The translations under genes were made by a program, and so were the position numbers. From positions 1 through 15,974 of the forward strand of contig JAYTHY010000016.1 of NCBI GenBank assembly GCA_043732185.1: DNA of 15,974 nucleotides. Reading direction: 5' to 3'. Source of the stretch: Fibrobacteria bacterium (GTDB lineage: Bacteria; Fibrobacterota; Fibrobacteria; UBA11236). Below, one piece after another: positions 8,262 through 14,624 of this stretch (positions are counted from its first letter, which is position 1; each line of letters opens with the position of its first letter). Below the pieces are notes generated by a model that saw only the letters and a list, made by a program, of their open reading frames with translations, was not told where the DNA came from and did not search any database.

Positions 8262-9698
8262 ATGGAAAATCGAAAGAACAATGCAGTTCGTCCAAGAATT
8301 GCAGTACTAGGAGGCGGAATTGCAGGCATCTCAGCGGCATTCTGGCTTACAGAATTTCTACCCCAAGCTGAAATCACTTTATATGAAGCTCAAAATCGTC
8401 TGGGAGGATTGATTGGCACAAAACGAGAGAACGGTTGTCTTTTAGAAACAGGCCCTTTAGTCTTTCCGGCAGGCGAAACCACAACCGGGGATATGCTGCG
8501 CTTAGCTGGGTTGGGTCCCATGCTCATCCCTGCTTCACAGGGCGCCTCAATGGGCATTTGGGAGGGTGAACGACTGATCCCTTTACCCCGAACTCCATGG
8601 AAGTTCGTACGCTCCGGCCTCCTTTCCCCGCTTGGCTTTATGCGACTGCTGATGGAGCCATTTATGCCCAGAAGCAAGCTGCCGGAAGCGGATACCGTGC
8701 ACGATTTTTTCCGAAGAAGAACCGGAGAGGAGTTTCTGGAATGTTTCCTTGAGCCGTATTCCGCTGCAATTCTTTCTGGTGATCCCGCCACCATGAGCAT
8801 GTCCGCCAACCTTCCGGAGCTGCAGGCCATGGAAAAGCAGTCGGGAAGTCTGGCCATGGGTTTTGGGAAAAAAATAATTTTACAGGGTTTGAAACGATTC
8901 CGGGCACGCAAAAATAAGTCACCCAACTACCCTGAAAGCGTCACTTGCAAGGAAGGTTCACAAGGGATCATCGACGCCTTAACACTTGAACTGCAGCGGC
9001 GCGGAGTGCAATTGTGTTTTTCCCACCAAGTACAGGCCTTGACTCGGGAGTCTCTTTATCGCCTCTGTGTGGAGTCCCAGACAGGCAAGGGTGAAAAGTT
9101 CTTTGATGGCGTAGTCAGCTGTTTGCCCTCGCATGGATTGGCGTCATTAGTCCCATCATGGCCCAATGAATTTCAAACCTTCCTAAACGGTATTCCGCAT
9201 GCACCCATTGTGATTGCGCATGCAACATTGGATAAGCCCGCATTGGCGGGAACATTCAAGGGGGAAGGATGTCATTTGCAGTCACATGCTGGCCAAGGAG
9301 TGCTGTCGGTAGTCTTTCCTTCACGCATGGCCGCAGCGCGTTGCCCGAAGGGACTGGAACTGATTCGGGTCATGCTCGGAGGAGCGCGACGCACAAATAT
9401 TGTATTCCATGGCGAGGCGGCCATTCATAAATTTGCAGGGCAAGTGATCCAGAAGATTCTGAATCCAAAAGGCGAACGAAAAGATTTTCCTTGTATTCGG
9501 CATACACGCGGATTACCGCAATTATTTGTTGGACATGAAAGGGGCTTGAAGGCATTGGAGCACTGGCTTGAACACAGGATGCCAGGATTTTTTTTATCGG
9601 GAACAAGTTTTTCAGGTGCCGGCATTGATAAAGCGGTGCGTTCAGGTAAAAAAGCAGCCAAGGAGGCAGCGGAGTATTATTCGATGAAATGGTCCTGA
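8262..9698 (+). CDS. hemG: FAD-dependent protoporphyrinogen/coproporphyrinogen oxidase (HemY/HemG type)
   Basis: Rossmann motif IAVLGGGIAGISAA, YEAQNRLGG, LETGP, EPF, TVHDFFRRRTG, SGDP..MSM, VMLGG, LPQ..VGH and G.GIDKAVRSG. Start placed at ATG 8262 rather than 8154 so the FAD motif is near the N-terminus. Confidence 0.82.
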   Translation: MENRKNNAVRPRIAVLGGGIAGISAAFWLTEFLPQAEITLYEAQNRLGGLIGTKRENGCLLETGPLVFPAGETTTGDMLRLAGLGPMLIPASQGASMGIWEGERLIPLPRTPWKFVRSGLLSPLGFMRLLMEPFMPRSKLPEADTVHDFFRRRTGEEFLECFLEPYSAAILSGDPATMSMSANLPELQAMEKQSGSLAMGFGKKIILQGLKRFRARKNKSPNYPESVTCKEGSQGIIDALTLELQRRGVQLCFSHQVQALTRESLYRLCVESQTGKGEKFFDGVVSCLPSHGLASLVPSWPNEFQTFLNGIPHAPIVIAHATLDKPALAGTFKGEGCHLQSHAGQGVLSVVFPSRMAAARCPKGLELIRVMLGGARRTNIVFHGEAAIHKFAGQVIQKILNPKGERKDFPCIRHTRGLPQLFVGHERGLKALEHWLEHRMPGFFLSGTSFSGAGIDKAVRSGKKAAKEAAEYYSMKWS

Positions 9699-9885
9699 TT
9701 CGATTGAGGTGCTGGGATTAAGTAAGTACACTGACACCTAAACCACCTAGCCATAGGCATATGCCGCGCATGCCATAATGACAAGAATGCGCTACAAAAT
9801 TGACAGTTTGCACATTGGGTGCATAACCTTAAGCGTTTTCACTAGCATATAAGTGGTTTCATAATGAGCCAAGGTCAATAGCCTT

Positions 9886-9902
9886 TTGGTATAGCCTTTG
9901 CT
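9886..9902 (+). promoter_or_regulatory. Candidate sigma54 (-24/-12) promoter for the moaADE operon
   Basis: TTGGTATAGCCTTTGCT: GG at 9888-89, 10 nt, then GC at 9900-01, close to consensus YTGGCACGNNNNTTGCW. It lies ~40 nt upstream of the moaA ATG. Confidence 0.65.
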
Positions 9903-9941
9903 TTCTGATTCGCACGTGAAACTTCCCCGCATTTTCTATTC

Positions 9942-10895
9942 ATGGTAATCACCCGCGCGCGCCTGATCGATTCGCATGGCAGGGTTATGCGAAAACTTAG
10001 AGTGTCGTTAACGGATGCATGCAATTATAGTTGCTTTTACTGCATGCCGGAAAAGGCTGTGTTTACGCCTAAGGGTTTATTGTTGGAACCAGAGGAGTAT
10101 GGTGCACTATGCAAAAAACTAGTAGATGCAGGCATTGAAGAAATACGGGTTACGGGTGGAGAGCCCACGGTCCGTCCGGAATTCTGTGGCATACTTGAGG
10201 CCCTGGAAGATCTACCCATTAAGCGAAAAGGCATAACCAGCAACGGGCAGTTGCTGGCAAAGCATCTTGGATTTTTGAAAGAACACAACTGGTTACATTT
10301 AAATATAAGTTTGGACACCTTGGATCCTGGACGCTTTGAAACCATTACAGGTGGTGGTGATTTCCGCGTGGTGATGGGATGTATTGAAAAGGCCGCTAGC
10401 TTGGGCTTCAAGGTTAAAGTAAACACCGTTGTCATGCGGGGAGTCAATGATGACGAGCTGTCGGATTTCACGGCTTGGAGCGCCCGTTCCGGTCTGGAAG
10501 TACGGTTTTTGGAATATATGCGCATTGGTCCGGAGCTGAATCGACATGCACAGCGATTTATGTCTGCGGATGAAATGTTATCCAGACTTATGTTGGACTA
10601 TGAAGTGCAATCCGTTGCCTCTGAATACGACTCTACCGCCATCTTGTACGTAACCGCATCTGGAGCCAAACTCGGCTTTATCGCTTCCGAATCTAAAGCC
10701 TTTTGTGGAACGTGTTCACGACTGCGCTTGTCGGCTACTGGTGTTTTGCGGGCCTGCGTCATGAGCCCTGGAGGGATTTCCCTGCGGCATGCTTCTGCAC
10801 GTGAACTGCCAAGTATTTTTGAAAAAGTAATGGCCATGAAACCGATCCTGCATCCAGTGCATAACCCGCAACCGATGTACGCCCTCGGTGGATAG
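9942..10895 (+). CDS. moaA: GTP 3',8-cyclase (molybdenum cofactor biosynthesis)
   Basis: LIDSHGR, LRVSLTDACNYSCFYCM, RVTGGEP, NISLDTL, KVNTVVMRGVNDDE, RFLEYM, FCGTCSRLRL...C and a C-terminal M..LGG. Confidence 0.95.
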   Translation: MVITRARLIDSHGRVMRKLRVSLTDACNYSCFYCMPEKAVFTPKGLLLEPEEYGALCKKLVDAGIEEIRVTGGEPTVRPEFCGILEALEDLPIKRKGITSNGQLLAKHLGFLKEHNWLHLNISLDTLDPGRFETITGGGDFRVVMGCIEKAASLGFKVKVNTVVMRGVNDDELSDFTAWSARSGLEVRFLEYMRIGPELNRHAQRFMSADEMLSRLMLDYEVQSVASEYDSTAILYVTASGAKLGFIASESKAFCGTCSRLRLSATGVLRACVMSPGGISLRHASARELPSIFEKVMAMKPILHPVHNPQPMYALGG

Positions 10896-10922
10896 CCCGC
10901 CGCTAAAAAGGAAAGGTCAACC

Positions 10923-11183
10923 ATGAACGACGTGCAAACCTCCATAGAGATCCAAATCGAATACTACGCCTTATTCCGATCTTGCACGAAAAAATCGGGA
11001 GAAAGCTTGAAGCTGGATAGCCAGGATCCGGTAGATTTGTATGACCAATTGCAGCTACGGTATCGCTTTCCCATTACTCGGGATAGCATCCATCTGGTCG
11101 TCAATGACGAATACTCACCCTGGGAAAGACCACTACAGCAAGGTGATACCGTAGTTTTTATCCCCCCAGTATCCGGAGGCTGA
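10923..11183 (+). CDS. moaD: Molybdopterin synthase sulfur-carrier subunit (MoaD/ThiS family)
   Basis: 86 aa with YYALFR, VNDEY and L..GDTVVFIPPVSGG ending in Gly-Gly. AAGG-type SD; sits between moaA and moaE. Confidence 0.93.
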   Translation: MNDVQTSIEIQIEYYALFRSCTKKSGESLKLDSQDPVDLYDQLQLRYRFPITRDSIHLVVNDEYSPWERPLQQGDTVVFIPPVSGG

Positions 11184-11185
11184 AA

Positions 11186-11626
11186 GTGTTCCGACTTACG
11201 GTTGAACCCATCGATACTTTTGCCCTGAGAAACAGTCTGGTGGATCCTGTCTGCGGAGCCTTCGTGGCATTCGAAGGTCGCGTGCGCAACCATCATAATG
11301 GGTTGGATGTCTTGCGCCTTGAATATGAAGTCTATCCAAAATTGGCCATCAAAGAAGGAAACCGTATCCTCGATGCCATACAGCACCAGTTCGCGCTGAC
11401 TGATATTATATGTGTCCATCGCTACGGGGCATTGGAGGTGGGCGACGTTGTCGTCTGGGTTGGCGCCATTTCCGCCCATAGGGAAGAGGGCTTCGCGGCC
11501 GTCTCCAAAGCCATGACGGAGATCAAACACCATGTTCCAATTTGGAAGCGGGAATATTATGCTGATGGCAGCGAGGCTTGGGTACATTGCAGTCATGGGC
11601 ATGGAATAGAAAAAGTTCCGGCTTAG
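11186..11626 (+). CDS. moaE: Molybdopterin synthase catalytic subunit
   Basis: GTG start; CGAFVAFEGRVRNH, LEYEVY, VHRYGAL.VGD, SAHREEGF, IK..VPIWKREYY.DG. Confidence 0.95.
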   Translation: MFRLTVEPIDTFALRNSLVDPVCGAFVAFEGRVRNHHNGLDVLRLEYEVYPKLAIKEGNRILDAIQHQFALTDIICVHRYGALEVGDVVVWVGAISAHREEGFAAVSKAMTEIKHHVPIWKREYYADGSEAWVHCSHGHGIEKVPA

Positions 11627-11658
11627 AACTCCAGCCACTTTCCTAGCTTTATTCCAAT

Positions 11659-12396
11659 ATGCTGATTCCCGTTACAGGATTTTTCCTGATCGCCATGCTT
11701 TATTCTGCCGCCGGGTTCGGTGGAGGGTCGTCCTATCTGGCGCTATTGGTTCTGGTCGGATGGAAGGCCAAGTCCTTTGCGATGGTTGCTTTGGCCTGTA
11801 ACATGGTTGTTACGGGACAAGGCACGTGGTTCCTGGTGCGCAACGGCTATTTGAAATGGAAAAATATCCTACCCTTCGTAGCTGCCTCAATCCCCATGGC
11901 TCTTTTGGGCGGATTATACAAGATTCGCACTGAGCTCTGGTTTGTCATTTTGGGCACGAGCCTCATCTTATCCGGTTTCGCACTTTTGGTTCCCAAAAAA
12001 AATGAAGGCGTGGAGATGGATAAAATCAGTCCAAAATTCCTATGGGTCCTGGGTATTAGTCTTGGCAGCGGGCTGGGCTTTTTGGCGGGCCTGGTAGGCA
12101 TAGGCGGGGGAATCTTTCTATCGCCCATTTTGCATTTTTTTAAAATCGGGAAAAGTCGGGAAATCGCCGCCATGGCAACGGCTTTCATTTTATTGAATTC
12201 AGCTTCCGGGCTTCTGGGCCAAGTTTTAAAGTCGGGATTACCTGATGGCTATCGCGCTGGATTGGCTTTGATTGCTGCGGTTATTCTCGGTGGAAATATC
12301 GGAAGCCGCTGGGCCACGCACATTCTATCCAACAACGCGATAAAGTACTGGACTGCGGTACTGGTTATTACAGCAGGGGTGCGCATTCTCTGGTGA
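11659..12396 (+). CDS. Sulfite exporter TauE/SafE family (TSUP) membrane protein
   Basis: 245 aa, highly hydrophobic, with two Gly-rich repeats: YSAAGFGGGSSY and GFLAGLVGIGGGIFLSP. Confidence 0.88.
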   Translation: MLIPVTGFFLIAMLYSAAGFGGGSSYLALLVLVGWKAKSFAMVALACNMVVTGQGTWFLVRNGYLKWKNILPFVAASIPMALLGGLYKIRTELWFVILGTSLILSGFALLVPKKNEGVEMDKISPKFLWVLGISLGSGLGFLAGLVGIGGGIFLSPILHFFKIGKSREIAAMATAFILLNSASGLLGQVLKSGLPDGYRAGLALIAAVILGGNIGSRWATHILSNNAIKYWTAVLVITAGVRILW

Positions 12397-13380
12397 TTAA
12401 GCTTCCAGCGACTCGTTACGCCGGAAAAACCGCCAATCCTGGGAAACAAAAACGGCTGCGCCAAGAATGAGCGCGCCACCCAGAAGGGTTTTAAGGGAGA
12501 GGCGCTCTTGGCCTAACAGCAGGGAAAACAGCAATGCAAAAACGGGCTCAAGCGTATACAGAACCGCTGCCCGCGCCGGAGAAAGCGAGGGTTGCGCCCG
12601 ATTCATCATCCACATGGCTGCAATGGAGCAAATCAGGATCAAGGATCCCATTGCCCAAAGCCACGCTGGGTGGTGCATCAAAATTTCAAGTGATGCGAGC
12701 GTATGCAATGGACCGGCCCCAAAACCAAAGGCGACCACAAGGTTTCCCATACCAACCACGACAAACATCACCGCAGTCAATTGCGTTGCCTCACAGCGCG
12801 GACCGAAACGGTCTATCAGCAGCATATGGGCGGTGAAACAAATGGCGGAACCTAATGTGGCTAACTCCCCTGCGAAGGGAAAAGGACCCCTTACCATAAG
12901 CGAACCAGAGGTTGGGTTTCCGATCGGGCCAAGGGTTAAAACCAGACACCCGACAACAGCGATTCCAGCCGCTATCCAAGTTTTGCGGCCAACGGCTCGT
13001 CGCAATATAAAAGCCTGAGCAATAGGCGCCAATAGCACAGGCATTGCCGTAATCATGCCTGATACCGACGGCACGACCCACGCCAAACCTAAAATTTGCA
13101 AAAACATGCCACTGCCGAAAGTCAGTCCTAAAGCTGATCCACCGCGAAATTCGACAGCCGTGATGGGGCGCCGCGACCACAAAACCGGAAGCATCAACAA
13201 AATACCGGCTGCCAGGAAGCGCCAGGCATTCACGGTTGCGCCAAGGGCGGATTCGCCAACACCCGTTTCCAGTGATTTCAATCCCAACTTGACCAGAGGC
13301 ATCAACGGAAAAGAGAGGCCCCATAATAGGCAGCAGACAATCAATAGAACCGAGGCTCGGCCTTCACCTAATTTTTTCAT
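12397..13380 (-). CDS. DMT/EamA family transporter
   Basis: LLWGLSFP, RFLAAG, about 10 hydrophobic segments in two halves, AQPSLSPARAAVLYTLEPVFA and GGALIL. Confidence 0.9.
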   Translation of the reverse strand: MKKLGEGRASVLLIVCCLLWGLSFPLMPLVKLGLKSLETGVGESALGATVNAWRFLAAGILLMLPVLWSRRPITAVEFRGGSALGLTFGSGMFLQILGLAWVVPSVSGMITAMPVLLAPIAQAFILRRAVGRKTWIAAGIAVVGCLVLTLGPIGNPTSGSLMVRGPFPFAGELATLGSAICFTAHMLLIDRFGPRCEATQLTAVMFVVVGMGNLVVAFGFGAGPLHTLASLEILMHHPAWLWAMGSLILICSIAAMWMMNRAQPSLSPARAAVLYTLEPVFALLFSLLLGQERLSLKTLLGGALILGAAVFVSQDWRFFRRNESLEA

Positions 13381-13735
13381 GGGTTCAAATCTCAGATCGA
13401 GTGAAAGGAATGTGCCTTATTCCCGACATTCTGGCAAATAGAAGTTTCATGAAACGAGTTTAAAAACACCCTACTTGGCTGGGTCATCGGCCAGTCCAAA
13501 TCACTGGTAGGTGAATGACTTTGGAGAAACGGTTTTTTCCTTTACTCCTATCCAGACGACGTTTTTACCAGGATAACGACTCGATTGACCCAAATATTGC
13601 ACGTCCAGCAATTTGAGCGGAACACTTTCTGCAGTGCAGAATAGATTGGAAAAAACCTTCGATTTATCTAAGCTAGACTTCGGTTCTTGATCACAAAATA
13701 GTGATCACTTTCTTTTAAATGTTCTAGTCTGATTC

Positions 13736-13764
13736 TTGTCCAAGTACAATCTGCAGAATATATT
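13736..13764 (+). promoter_or_regulatory. Candidate sigma70 promoter for the TIGR02147 gene
   Basis: TTGTCC (13736-41), 17 nt, TATATT (13759-64). A perfect TATAAT also lies at 13776-81 without an obvious -35. Confidence 0.4.
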
Positions 13765-13794
13765 TTCGACAACAATATAATCGCACTGGATTTT

Positions 13795-14616
13795 ATGAAT
13801 ATCTTCGACTATGGAAATGCCCGAACCTTTTTGAAGGACAAGTGGCTGGGGATGAAAAACCAGAACAAAAAGTACAGTGCGCGCTTCGTTTCCAAGGAAT
13901 TAGGGTTCAGTAATTCCGTCTACTTTCTGAGAATCGTCAATGGGGAACGGGCGATTACCGACTCGGTTATCGATCCCATAATCCGGGTATTCAAACTCAA
14001 TTTCGAAGAATCCGAGTATTTTCGATATTTGTGCTATTACACAGAAGAAAAGGATCCGGTTCGAAAAGAGGACCTGCTCGACAAGCTTATTTCCTTGAAC
14101 CATACGACCAAGCGTTTGTTGCTGCGAAGCGAATACAAGTTCCATCAAACTTGGCATCACAATACTATATGGGCCATTCTCGACGTGGTGGATTGCGACG
14201 GATCTAGTGAAGCTTGTCAGGCCATGGGTTCCAAAATCTTTCCCCGTGTTCCAGGAACTAAGGTGAGGGAATCCCTGGAAGTACTCAAGGAACTGAAATT
14301 TATCGAGCTCGATCAGAAAAACCATTGGCGGCCAAAAGGGAAATCAATCTTTGCCAATGCCAATTTGCACGATGAAATTGTAATGCAGTACTGGTTAAAA
14401 ACCCTAAATCTTGCCAGCCAGACCATTCTGGGCAAGCCCAAAATGCCGCCGCGAATCTATACCAATACCTTTAGTTGCTCTGAAAACGCCTTTGCCAAAA
14501 TCAACAAGCGGTTGGATGCAGTATGCGCGGAGATTAGGGCAATAGTTACCAAGGACGAATCGTCCAAGCGTGTTATTCACTTTCAATTCCAAATGTTTGA
14601 TCAACTCCAAAATTGA
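13795..14616 (+). CDS. TIGR02147-family protein (N-terminal HTH-like region plus DUF4423-like domain), putative transcriptional regulator
   Basis: 273 aa with NIFDY...FLKD, YSARFVSKELGF.N..YFLRIVNGER, F.L...E.EYF, W.H..I..ILD, VRESLEVL.EL.FI and a C-terminal FQFQMF, all typical of this paralogous family. Confidence 0.85.
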   Translation: MNIFDYGNARTFLKDKWLGMKNQNKKYSARFVSKELGFSNSVYFLRIVNGERAITDSVIDPIIRVFKLNFEESEYFRYLCYYTEEKDPVRKEDLLDKLISLNHTTKRLLLRSEYKFHQTWHHNTIWAILDVVDCDGSSEACQAMGSKIFPRVPGTKVRESLEVLKELKFIELDQKNHWRPKGKSIFANANLHDEIVMQYWLKTLNLASQTILGKPKMPPRIYTNTFSCSENAFAKINKRLDAVCAEIRAIVTKDESSKRVIHFQFQMFDQLQN

Positions 14617-14624
14617 GGCTATTC

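Noticed and set aside
9699..9941. Moco riboswitch or ModE box upstream of moaA
   Set aside because: No convincing multi-stem structure or ModE consensus seen by eye, and the predicted leader is short. An Rfam/Infernal search would be decisive.
10964..11638. 224-aa minus-strand ORF
   Set aside because: Antisense shadow of moaD/moaE with no recognisable motifs.
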